DNA of 42,247 bases from Raillietiella orientalis (Eukaryota): assembly GCA_036172245.1 (NCBI GenBank), contig JAYWIR010000111.1, positions 124,001 to 166,247 on the forward strand, written 5' to 3'. A program made the translations under genes and the position numbers. Positions 12,013-22,774 of the stretch are shown here, piece after piece; position 1 is the first letter of the stretch, and each line of letters starts with the position of its first letter. Under the pieces are notes generated by a model that saw only the letters and a program-made list of their open reading frames with translations, had not been told where the DNA came from and did no database searches.

Positions 12013-13300
12013 AACATGGAAACGCCAGTTCCGCATGGTCTTTGTCATCCTGTTGCAAACAACGAAAGCAATGCTGCAGGCATTCTAGGGCTTTGCCGTT
12101 AATTAGACGTCCCGCCTGAGCTACCGGCGAGATCGGCGGCTTGCTGTTCGGTGAGAGCGTGTGTCTCAAGCAACAGCACCAGATCGAACTCGCGCAAGAC
12201 GTAAGATACCAACTTCCCATTATCATTGTGCTGCAGCCTGTTGACGTTTCAACAGGTCATGTGGACGCGACGGGAAAAGGCAAGCCCACTCATTACTGCT
12301 GCAGACATGCCAGAGCTACCTTCTCCCCGTCCGGCGAGGCATCAGCCTGAAGCACGGCATAGTGGAGGGTGCAGAAGCACTCGTTCTTCCCCACGCCACT
12401 TGCGGCTCTCTGGAGTCGAGGAGAATCGCCTTGGACTTAAGAGTATCGGGAACCGTTCCCGGCATCAGGTTTGCTACAGGAAACTTTGGGCTTGCGCGCA
12501 GCCTAGGGTTTCCCGTGGGCTTGAGGAACCAGAATCGCTGCTGACGGACTTGCTGCCATGGGACTCAACCTCGGAGTCCCAATTTCGTGTGCATGATAGA
12601 CGTTCTTTCTACCTACTCTTTTGCTGGCAGCCTGTACCTGCTCCAGCATTCAGCGAGGTTGCCGCCGTCGCCTATCCCGATTTCAACGTCTCGGCGTCGT
12701 CTAGTTCCCTTTCGCTGCGGGCGACAGCGGCAGCGCACATGACCGCAGCGGAGACTTTTTCTTGCGAATTTCTTGATGCACGGTGCTGCCTCCTCACTTT
12801 GCCTACCTCTCTGATGAGGAAATGGGAAGGATTTCTTGTCTTCCACTGTTTATTCTTTTCCTCCACAAGAGTCCAACCGGATTCATCGTCCTCTATGTTG
12901 CCTCGGCTTAATGCAAATGCTGCAGTATCTTTTGCATTTTTTCGTGGTCCTCCGGATGGGCGATCGGGGCCAGTTTCTTCCTCGCCACCTTTGCCTTTTC
13001 TATCTCCTTATCGCAAGGTACGAACAAATTCGAGCAAGGTTTTGCAGTCTTTCCCACGTATCAAATCTCTGCGGACGGATTGTCTTCACTTTTTACACTT
13101 CAAGGAAGTTATATGTGAGGTAGACAAGAAAAGGATACGCGTATGGTCCGTCTTCCTGTACTTTGTTCAGACTGGAAATGTAGAATTCTATGATGAATTT
13201 GTTAAATGGAAGGCAAAGTTTGTGCACATAAGTTCTTGCAAACGGCGTTTGAAATTCATTTGAAGATTGAATACAGGTATTTTCGAATACTGCTGATAAA
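12013..13300 (-). mobile_element. Decayed LINE ORF1 and start of APE (same subfamily as 35538-40686)
   Basis: 12230-12630 is recognisably similar at DNA level to 39260-39660 (e.g. ATCGGGAACCGTTCCCG.CATCAGG). The ORF2 start reads MSAAVMSGLAFSRRVHMTC*NVN. Decayed knuckles at ~13070-13180. Confidence 0.8.
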
Positions 13301-13926
13301 GATGGTGTGAATCGCAGTGCAGATTAAGTGCAAAGGAAAGAGTTGAAGGATGAAATGCACAGAAGCTAGAGATGATTATGGTGATGTTAACTGTAAATAA
13401 TCGTTGGTAGTGGTGGCGGATGATGCCTATTAATGTTATTGTAAACAAAACTCCATAAGAGAGATAGATAATGACGATAAAATATTGCTAGTGGAATGTT
13501 TGACATTATGATAACCAATGAACTAATTAATAATCTAAGTAGATCTCTAATTAGATAGTTTAATTTGAGTTTCAATGTTCGACATTATATCAACATCCTT
13601 AAACAAACCAGTTAACTATTTATCACAAAATGCAAGCACCTAGTTGTTACGAGTACAATTAAATAAAGAAAACCAAACTTTTAAAAGGTAAAATTTAGGC
13701 AAATCAGAAAATCAAACCCATATTAAAATAGCACAAACACAAGAAATATAGCATTTATATCTTTGGAATTGATCAGTTTTGTGTGCTATGCGGAATCCTG
13801 AATGTATATGAGGATAGAAAAAGTCTACTTACTTGTGCTCTTATAAAGAAAGGATATCTATGCAATGAGTCTTTTATTCAGGGTTATTCAAATTTTCAAG
13901 AACAAAAAACAGCAAAATGCAAAGAC

Positions 13927-13932
13927 TTTATT
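13927..13932 (-). terminator. AATAAA polyadenylation signal of gene body L
   Basis: TTTATT on the + strand, about 33 nt downstream of the TGA at 13965. Confidence 0.6.
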
Positions 13933-13964
13933 CTACACTAATCAATTAATAATAAGACTTCTAG

Positions 13965-14841
13965 TCATTTAAGCCCACTCAACTTCACAGTAACGAGTGT
14001 TCCAGGACTCCATGTGCATCGTAGTTTGCCCGGTACAGGAAGCACATTCCGGCCTTGATGTAGCCTGAAAAATTTCCACGCTTTTGTTCTCAATCGAAAA
14101 CTTTCCATTGTAATCGTGCCGAGCATTCGAAGAATACAACACCCTGCTTCCGCAAAGTACATTTCTTCGAGAAGATATGAGAAAGTAGGCGCATGGAAAA
14201 GTTTCAAGCAACAAATTGCAAACTCAAACCCTCCGAAACATTCCTCAAACCTGTTGGAATTCAGCTGAAGATTTCAAATGAGCCAGCTGCACGCATTCCA
14301 AAAAGGTATTCGCGATTAAACACTCTGTATAATGAACACAAAGCAACCTAGGCGATTTCTATTAACTAATTTCAAAGAAGCCATGCACAGCAGTGAAACT
14401 CATAAGGTAATAAGGAATCTATTCCAATGCGGGTAGAATCAAAACATTCCAAACTAGAAATAAGAGTGCTCAAAAATACATACGTTTCAACACTCTGAGA
14501 ATAAGTTACAGTACAAGAACGGTCTGGTCCTTCAAGGAAGAAATTAATCTGCTCACTTGCACCAGGACCTTCCACCTGAAATCAGAAAGAAATTCGCACT
14601 TCAGGTAGAATTGGCTCACCTCAATGTCGGTACTGCATAGACCTTGACGTCTATTATGTCTATCATTAGTAAGCTGTACATCACAATCAGTTAGAGTGTA
14701 GTGAAAATAAAGAGAACACGGCCCTGTCAGATGTGTAAAGTACAGCTCTTCTTCAATAACTCTCTCCTGAATCAAACTAAGGTTCTTACAAAGAGAGAAA
14801 CATTCGGTTCCACTAGTAGAGAATAGAACAACAATGGAAAC
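13965..14841 (-). CDS. Spliced gene body L (last 3 exons, 137 aa); unknown Cys-containing, possibly secreted protein
   Basis: Exons 14841-14620 (222 nt), 14575-14484 (92 nt) and 14064-13965. Splice sites: tttgtag|, |gtgagc, tttcag|, |gtatgt, tttcag|. Open reading: VSIVVLFSTSGTECFSLCKNLSLIQERVIEEELYFTHLTGPCSLYFHYTLTDCDVQLTNDRHNRRQGLCSTDIE/VEGPGASEQINFFLEGPDRSCTVTYSQSVET/LHQGRNVLPVPGKLRCTWSPGTLVTVKLSGLK*. The structure is independently mirrored by the paralogue at 22775-23644. Confidence 0.85.
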
Positions 14842-14894
14842 CTACAAATTAAAAATGCTCAGTTAATTGAAAACATCATGAAAAAATTCAGAAA

Positions 14895-17389
14895 CAGTTT
14901 GCGCAACGCTACGTTAGAGCATCTTGAAGCATAGCAAAGATTGATAACACGGCGAAAGGTCGAAGCAACTGAGTCAAGAGCACTTCTACGAGCGGCACGA
15001 ACCCACAAAGGATCACGAGATATTTCGGTTGAGCGCATTCCATGCAACTGTAAACATCCAATGGGCATTCCATCGGGAACCTCATCGGACATGAGAAACA
15101 CGAAAGCATTCGGTGAACGACGTCGAAATTCGCAGAAAACGACGAAAAAACATCCCGGATACCTGCATATGAAGAGGAGACAACACACGAAAGCAATGCG
15201 ACATTAAATGCATCGAAACTTAAAAAGGGAGGACAAAAGCATCCTTTTCCAAGTATGCAGACTCAGCACCCGTACGCAAGCGCGTTCGATGGACGGAAGA
15301 ATGCCGAGCGGGCTCGTGCCTCTCTGAGGGTCGAAGATTACGTTCACTGGATCCGCGACTCCGCATCCAAATTTATTCGAATCTACGCCAGAGCCTTCAG
15401 TGAACTACAAGCAGGGTTGCCGCGGAAATGAGCATGGTCAGAAAAGGGACACTGCGCAGTCAAGCAGATTCCGCAAAGAGTAAGTTGACCATGTCTGAAC
15501 TTCGGAGCACACGTAACTGCAACAAAAACGCCACTCCACTTTCCAGACGCGCAAAGGAGCAATCACTGCTTAAGAACGTACCACGGAGCTAAACTCCATC
15601 GAGAAACTCGGCACAGATTAAAAAAATTCTGTTATGCGGCGCGATGAACGCACGCAGAAACGATGTCGCGCTTCAACGGAAGCATCCACGGAAAAGCAAC
15701 GCGCGAAACCCAGAGGAAACCAGACCACGTCCTTCCGCAATCGACATGCCAACGAACGGAGAGCTAAAGAAACGCTCCATTTCCCTCAGTTGTACGATGA
15801 AAGTAGACAGCGCGACGCCCGATAAAAGAAGCCGCACGCATGAGGAGGAAACGTGGTATGACCAGGGATGCAATGCCTCTCTCAAAGAATGCTGCTTACG
15901 ATGGTGAACAAGATGCGCCACAGCATGCTGCTGTCTTTCAGAGCTTTACACGGGGCGAGTCGTTTCTTGAGCGCTGCACTCAAGAGACGCTCAGACCTTC
16001 TCCAGCATTTATACCGACTTACGCACATTGCCAACCAATACCAGCCATGGTGAACACCTGGAACCGCACGAGTCAAATGTGTAGAACACTCATCGCTCTC
16101 GGAAGCATCGCATCGCAGTATCGGTGATGCAATCCTAAAGGACGGGCAGCTGCAGGAACGTTAGCTGCAAGTCAGTGCAGCGAAGCAGCGTTACAAAGCT
16201 GCGTTTACGATGATCGGCAAAACGCCGTGTAAAGGCACGGATCACTGCAGCCTACCGATCCGCGAGCCAAAACGGCAAAGAAACACTTGTGGTACACCGA
16301 GAATTCTTCCACCGATTGCTGTTGCCACAGTTGTTTCTCACAAGAAATACCTGCGAATCAAATGATGCGAAGCGAACGATCTCCGTATCGTAATGAAAAA
16401 GGGCCTGGCATGTTGGGATCGACAACTACATGTCCACAGGAATAAAGGAACTTGAAAGACCAACAAAAAGCAATGGGAGATCGCAGCGGTTTTTCTGCTC
16501 ACTAGGGCTGCGATGCGTGAATGATACTAGTCGATTGAGCGCTGCACGAGAGGATTTTCTTGAACGAAGACATCCTATCAGACTTTCGCTACGCTCCAAA
16601 AACGTACGTCCCTAACGAGTCTAGTTCGCTTTTCGGAATTCTCGCAAAATCTATATCAATAATAATGTGGATCCTTCTCAGCTGCGTCGTCTGTCATCCA
16701 ACACAAGTATGCGGAATTTCTCTTGCAGGTAGGTTAGTTATGTAGAGAGTGGAAGTGCACGGAACTTACATGAAGGCCGTCAACTTTCAAGCAGAATTTG
16801 CGGGAATTACGGGATTACGCTTTTTGAACTGCGATCGCTGTTTAAATGCAGAAGCTGTGAAGGGAAGCGTTCACTGAATGGGACGGAGTCTTCCATGAAG
16901 TGAGTCACATGGTAGCTTTAACCGCAAGCACGAGTTGCATCGCGTGACAGTTGAGAAACAAGATACGCCAAGCTTCCTCCGTGGACCAGTTGTCAGTCCA
17001 TTTGCTGTCCTCTGCACCCCCCATGCTGCTGTTTTTGAGCGCAAGCAGCATGCTGTTGGCGAGGGAGCAGAAGATCTCCTACAAACTGTCAATTCTGGCC
17101 TAAAAGAGAACGCCCGTTCCGGATGCTTAGTTCAAGATTCTCTTAAAGAAAAGCGCGTTCTTCGTTCCGCGATGACGGCGCATTCCCTTTTGAAGGAACA
17201 AATCGGAACTAAAGAAATACGGAGAAACCTTCGAGAGTAGAGAGAACTCGATCGAGATCAAAAGAGGAAGAAGAGACTTGGTGGGGAAAAACGCTAGAAA
17301 AAAGAAAGTCGTCGTTCGAGAACGCACAAAGGAGAGGATAAAGTTCCTGAACACGGTAATGATGGAGAACCCCGACAGCTGGATGGGCA
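14895..17389 (+). repeat. Left arm of 2.5 kb inverted repeat
   Basis: Begins CAGTTTGCGCAACGCTA and ends CAGCTGGATGGGCA. It is the reverse complement of 20192-22691, and mirrored ORFs appear in the ORF track (e.g. 16935..17240 + and 20341..20646 -). Confidence 0.97.
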
Positions 17390-19145
17390 TTTCCTGTGCG
17401 CTAACTCGACGGTGCGGGATGCTGATTCCGCTTTCACTGGATTCTGCACGGCTGCGAAGAGCTCAAATTCGCATCTTTTGTAGAGTAGATTGGATTCGTG
17501 TGCCAACTGCTTCTCAGGATCGTCTTCTAATTTTTCTACTGCCCAACTCTTCTTTAAAGATCACTCTTTTAGGCACATGGCAAGGATGCCTCCAAACGAG
17601 AACTGGTGATCTCAGAAGGACAGAAATTTCTACGAGCGAGTAGTGCGCATCACGAGGATAGAAGCTTCAGTAAAGGTCGAGAATTGCAGGTCACAAAGAG
17701 TCGGTACCCAAGAAGTACGCATTTTTCTTGGATGCAACCGAGAAAAAAAAACGTTTCGCATCCGCGTTGACAGGATGCTGGATGGAGCATCCAGACACGA
17801 ATCACGATGCAGCGTCATCACCTGTGACGTAAGTTTGCCACAGCTTCGAAGTTTCCGATCATTTATTCTTTGGTCCCGGCACGCATGGGCTGGAGGTTTT
17901 TTTTCATCTGCAGTCAGTAAACAAGGCACGACTTGGATATGAGCACCGACAGATGTTCGCCGCGGTTCTGTTCAGAGCTTGAAAGAAAAAAAAGTGCTCC
18001 GTATACCAGGCATGGTCATTGCTTGTTCCAGCAAAGCATCGAAGGAACAAAGAAGAGATCGTCGCCTGGAAGAAATTCAACTGCTTTTGCCTGCAATGGA
18101 TAATGACGCGACATCCAGCTTAGCTGATCGGTCATTTAATAGCAGTCCGGAGTAGGTGCAACATTTTTTCTTGGTCTGGATGAGTTTAAATATCAGTCGG
18201 AAATGGCGATGCTGGGTATCATCTACTGACTACCCACTGACGATAAAAATTTAATGTAACTTCACCCAATCTAGCAGCGCGGCTGCTATTTCTGATTCGT
18301 CTAATTACAATCCATTTACGTGTAATCCCTACATTCCTTTCGAGTCTTCATAGGCCATAGCAAGAATGTATATCAGGCCAAAAAAGATCGATGATACCGG
18401 ATTAGATCGCGCCTATTTACGCTCATGGTCATTATCAGGAGAAGGAGCTCTTCGAAATGAGGAGGAATTTTTTTCCTGAAATGATCACCGTGTAAGTATT
18501 GGACTAAGATATGTAGTGCTTTCGGTTCTCTTAACCTGCTTCCTTTGCATCAAAAGATTTACGCTGAAATCGATGTACAAGGATTCTTTCTTTCACTCAG
18601 CTCACATAAAGAAAAGTAGGTGTTTCTCTGCATAAAATCCTACATAGAGTCTCTGAAGAATCATCTCTGTGGAATTACGTAAGGCACACGTGTCATCTAG
18701 AACAATCCAACCCACAACTGTTTATGTTTTACGAGACTGCAGACGATGGCAGTACTACCGCTGGCAAACACCGGGTGATGATCTCCAGAATATTTTGCTC
18801 TTTTTCGGTAGATTATGCATTTTTTCAAAATGCAAAGGTATTTCTCACTGACTCCTCATCAACGGGCTTTTCGACTTGCTCTCAAGCGAGATTCTCTCAT
18901 TCTGTAGAGACGACCTATGAAACGAAAGAGAGCGTTTTACTGATGTCTTTTAAGCATGTTCTTAGCAAGAATTGCGGAATCTTTTTTTCAACGTTTCTCA
19001 ACTCTCGCGTCGGTGATGGAACAACGCTCTGAGAAGCATTTGATTCCAATTGGTATCGTACTTTAGATACACAGAGTTGCAAATACTCACGCAGCTATTA
19101 AACCATAACAAAAACTCCAGTAGAATCTGAAGTTTAAAAACTCAC

Positions 19146-19169
19146 AGTGGCCTGTAGCCCTTTGTTCAT
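19146..19169 (-). CDS. Candidate first coding exon (MNKGLQAT) in the spacer
   Basis: ATGAACAAAGGGCTACAGGCCACT|gtgagt has a strong phase-0 donor. Spliced to 14841 it gives MNKGLQATVSIVVLFSTSGTEC, which resembles a signal peptide. Short enough to arise by chance. Confidence 0.35.
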
Positions 19170-19289
19170 ACCGCCGTTCCGAAGACAGTCTTCTGATAAC
19201 CCTTCGATTTCGAGTTGGCGCTCGTCTTACTCGTGAAGCAAGCCGAATGCGTCAGACCAGGTGTACCGGGATCATTCGGAGTGCTCACG

Positions 19290-19575
19290 TTTCGGATATT
19301 TTGAAGACTCCAACCCGGGAAAGGAAGGGAAGGGCTGAATGAACTTCCTGGTCGACCACGACATAAGTGGTTATAAAAACATTCTTCTCCTTTTGCTCCG
19401 TCTTTTAGCTTCCCTCTTTACGAAAACATCGACGGAAAGTTGACGGCACGCATCGTCGCCATTCTTTGCGCGCACGGAGTTATAGCACGCTGGAGCGTAT
19501 TGTCGCCGTCCGCTTTCCGACTTCCTGGTAGAAAACCTGGCGCGCACGCGTTTTCGCGCTACTCCCCGGAAAGAA
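19290..19575. promoter_or_regulatory. Candidate CpG-rich promoter in the spacer
   Basis: Local CGCG-rich patch (TGGCGCGCACGCGTTTTCGCGCT at 19538-19560, containing an E2F-like TTTCGCGC). It lies just upstream of the candidate micro-exon and borders a purine-rich tract. Compositional evidence only. Confidence 0.3.
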
Positions 19576-20191
19576 AGTGTGTAAGAAAAGAGAAGGAAGA
19601 AGAAAGGGAATGAAACAATGAAAGAATCTTCAAATCCTATTGCTTGAATGCGTAAGAAAAGAGCAAGGTATGATTAGGAAGAAGAAAGTTTTTCCTGGAG
19701 GAGAGGAAAGGGCAACAAAGCATAATGACCTTCAAGGTTTGAACAGTTTCATGGTAGACCTTAGGATGAAGTGATGTGAAGCGTTAGTATCCCAGGAACT
19801 CTACCCAAATGTGAAGGGAGGGCGACGCATTCCTCGCATCACCGCATCCTTGGCGTCTTTTCGGCACCGCCACCGAGTCTCGGCTTCCTGGGTGTCTGAG
19901 AATGCGCCGCGCTTGTGCCATTAAAAACGCGGAGACGCGCAGCTGCTTACGATCTTGTCTCTCACGACAGTTGTTCATCGTGCACTCTTCCCGCACGCAA
20001 GACACTCTGAGATTACGGAGCAGCCGGCGGAGACCCAAAAATTTCCGGCACAAAGAAACACATCAAAGCGTTCGCAGCAGCAGCAGCCCTTCAACAAATC
20101 TGGCAGGATCCGGAATCCTGGTCTTTCTGCACCACTGATGAAAGCGTGTGTTGCATGGCATGGTGCCTTGAGGGATTACGGGGCCGAGTCG

Positions 20192-22691
20192 TGCCCATCC
20201 AGCTGTCGGGGTTCTGCATCATTACCGTGTTCGGGAACTTTATCCTCTCCTTTCTGCGTTCTCGAACGACGACTTTCTTTTTTCTAGCGTTTTTCCCTGC
20301 CAAGTCTCTTCTTCCTCTTTTGATCTCGATCGAGTTCTCTCTACTCTCGAAGGTTTCTCCGTATTTCTTTAGTTCCGATTTGTTCCTTCAAAAGGGAATG
20401 CGCCGTCATCGCGGAACGAAGCACGCGCTTTTCTTTAAGAGAATCTTGAACTAAGCATCCGGAACGGGCGTTCTCTTTTAGGCCAGAATTGGCAGTTTGT
20501 AGGAGATCTTCTTCTCCCTCGCCAACAGCATGCTGCTTGCGCTCAAAAACAGCAGCATGGGGGGTGCAGAGGACAACAAATGGACTGACAACTGGTCCAC
20601 GGAGGAAGCTTGGCGTATCTTGTTTCTCAACTGTCACGCGATGCAACTCGTGCTTGCGGTTAAAGCTACCATGTGACTCACTTCATGGAAGACTCCGTCC
20701 CATTCAGTGAACGCTTCCCTCCACAGCTTCTGCATTTAAACAGCGATCGCAGTTCAAAAAGCGTAATCCCGTAATTCCCGCAAATTCTGCTTGAAAGTTG
20801 ACGGCCTTCATGTAAGTTCCGTGCACTTCCACTCTCTACATAATCATCCTACTTGCAAGAGAAATTCCGCATACTTGTGTTGGATAGCAGACGACGCAGC
20901 TGAGAAGGATGCACCTTATTATTGATATGAATTTTCCGAGAATTCCGAGAAGCGAACTCAACTCGTTTGGGACGTACGTATTGGGAACTTTGCGAAAGTC
21001 TGATAGTATGTCTTCGTTCAAGAAAATCTTCTCTCGTGCATCGCTCAGTCGACTAGCATCATTCACGCATCGCAGCCCCAGTAAGCAGCAAAACGGCTGC
21101 GATTTCCCATTGCTGTTTGTTGGTCTTTCAATTTCCCTTGTTCCTGTGGACATGTAGTTGTCGATCCCGACATGCCAGGTCCTTTTTTCCTACGATACGG
21201 AGATCGTTCGCTTTGCATCATTTGATTTGCAGGTATTTCTTGTGAGTAGCAACTGTGGCAACAGCAATCGGTGGTAGAATTTTCGGTTGACCGCAAGTGT
21301 TTCTTTGCCGTTTTGCCGCGCGGATCGGTAGGCCGCATTGATCCGTGCCTTTATACAGCGTTTTGCCGATCATCGTAAACGGAGCTTTGTAGCGCTGCTT
21401 CGCTGCTCTGAGTTGCAGCTAACGTTCGTGCAGCTGTTCGTCCTTTAGGATTGCATCACCGATACTGCGATGCGATGCTTCCCAGAGCGATGAGTGTTCT
21501 ACACATTTGACTCGCGCCGTTCCAAGTGTTCACCCTGGCTGGTATTGGTTGGCAATGTGCGTAAGTCGGTATAAATGCTGGAGAAGGTTCGAGCCTCTCT
21601 TGAGTGCAGCGCTCCAGAAACGACTCGCCCAGTGTGAAGTTCTGGAAGGCAGCAGCATGCTGTGGCGCATCGTTTTCACCATCGTAAGCAGCATTCTTTG
21701 AGACAGGCATTGCATCCCTGGTCGGAGCACGTTTCCTCCTCATGCGTGCGGCTTCTTGTATCGGGCGTCGCACTGTCTACTTTCATCGTGCAACTTAGGG
21801 AAATGGAGCGTTTCTTTAGCTCTCGGTTCGTTGGCATGCCGATTGCGGAAGGATGTAGTCTGGTTGCCTGTAGGTCGCGCGCGTTGCTTCTCCGTGGATG
21901 CTTCCGTCGAAGCGCAACATCGTTTCCGCGTGCGTTCATCGCGCCGCATAACAGAATTTTTCCAATCTGTGCTGAGTTTCTCGATGGAGTTGAGCTTCGT
22001 GGTACGTTCTAAAGAAGTGATTGCTTCTTTACGCGTCTGGAACGTGGAGTTGCGTGTTTGTTGCAGTTACGTGTGCTCCGAAGTTCAGACATGGTCAACT
22101 TACTCTTTGCGGAATCTGCGTGACTGCGCAGTGTCCCTTTTCTGACCATGCTCGTTTCCGCGGCAACCCTGCTTGCAGGTCACTGAAGGCTTTTTGCGTT
22201 GACTTGAATAAATTTGGATGCGGAGTCGCGGATCCAGTGAACGTAAGCTGCGACCCTGAGAGGGGCAAGAGCCTGCTTGGCATTGTTCCGTCTATCGATC
22301 GCGCTTGCATACGGGTGGTGAGTCTGCATACTTGAAAAGTAATGCTTTCGTCCTCCCTTTTTAAGTTTCTATGCATTTAATGTCGCATTGCTTTCGTGTG
22401 TTGTCTCCTTTTCAAATGAAGGCATCCGGGTTTTTTTTTCCTGTCGTTTTCTGCGAATTTCGACGACGTTCAACGAATGTTTTCGTGTTTCTCATGTTCA
22501 ATGAGGTTCCCGATGGAATGCCCATTGGATGTTTACAGTTGCATGGAATGCGCTCAACCGAAATATCACGTGATCCTTTGTGGGTTCGTGCCGCTCGTGG
22601 AAGTGCTGTTGATTGAGTTGCGTCGACCTTTCGCCGTCCTATCAATCTTTGCTGTGCTCCAAGATGCTCTGGCCTAGCGTTGCGCAAACTG
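20192..22691 (-). repeat. Right arm of 2.5 kb inverted repeat
   Basis: Begins TGCCCATCCAGCTG and ends TAGCGTTGCGCAAACTG. Reverse complement of 14895-17389. Confidence 0.97.
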
Positions 22692-22774
22692 CTTGCTCAT
22701 TGCTGCGTAATCTTATTGTTTTCATTTGCCGTCTCGCATACGTTATTAATTCACTCATTGCTTATTTTTCGTAG

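Noticed and set aside
12226..13263. 345-aa plus-strand ORF as a host gene
   Set aside because: It is the antisense shadow of a decayed LINE ORF1/APE on the minus strand.
13965..14841. Assigning L/R to CUB-domain or TRAPP-subunit families
   Set aside because: Only a vague resemblance (LRCTW..PG...TV), not enough without a profile search.
19091..19126. Second minus-strand mini-exon (ILLEFLLWFNSC|gtgagt) in the spacer
   Set aside because: It would need a 19-nt intron after the MNKGLQAT exon and has no ATG in frame. Kept only as a weak alternative.
15634..22687. Short mirrored ORFs within the arms as real genes
   Set aside because: They are duplicated only because the DNA is duplicated. Stops and frameshifts differ between arms and no domain is recognisable. 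Small exons inside the arms cannot be excluded.
14895..22691. Foldback or long-TIR DNA transposon (ends CAG...CTG)
   Set aside because: No target-site duplication (left flank TTCAGAAA, right flank CTTGCTCA) and no transposase-like ORF in the spacer. Symmetry continues outside the arms as paralogous exons.
14895..22691. Assembly artefact (inverted read chimera)
   Set aside because: The arms differ by ~11% over the outer parts sampled and lead into two different open gene bodies. An artefact would be near-identical throughout.
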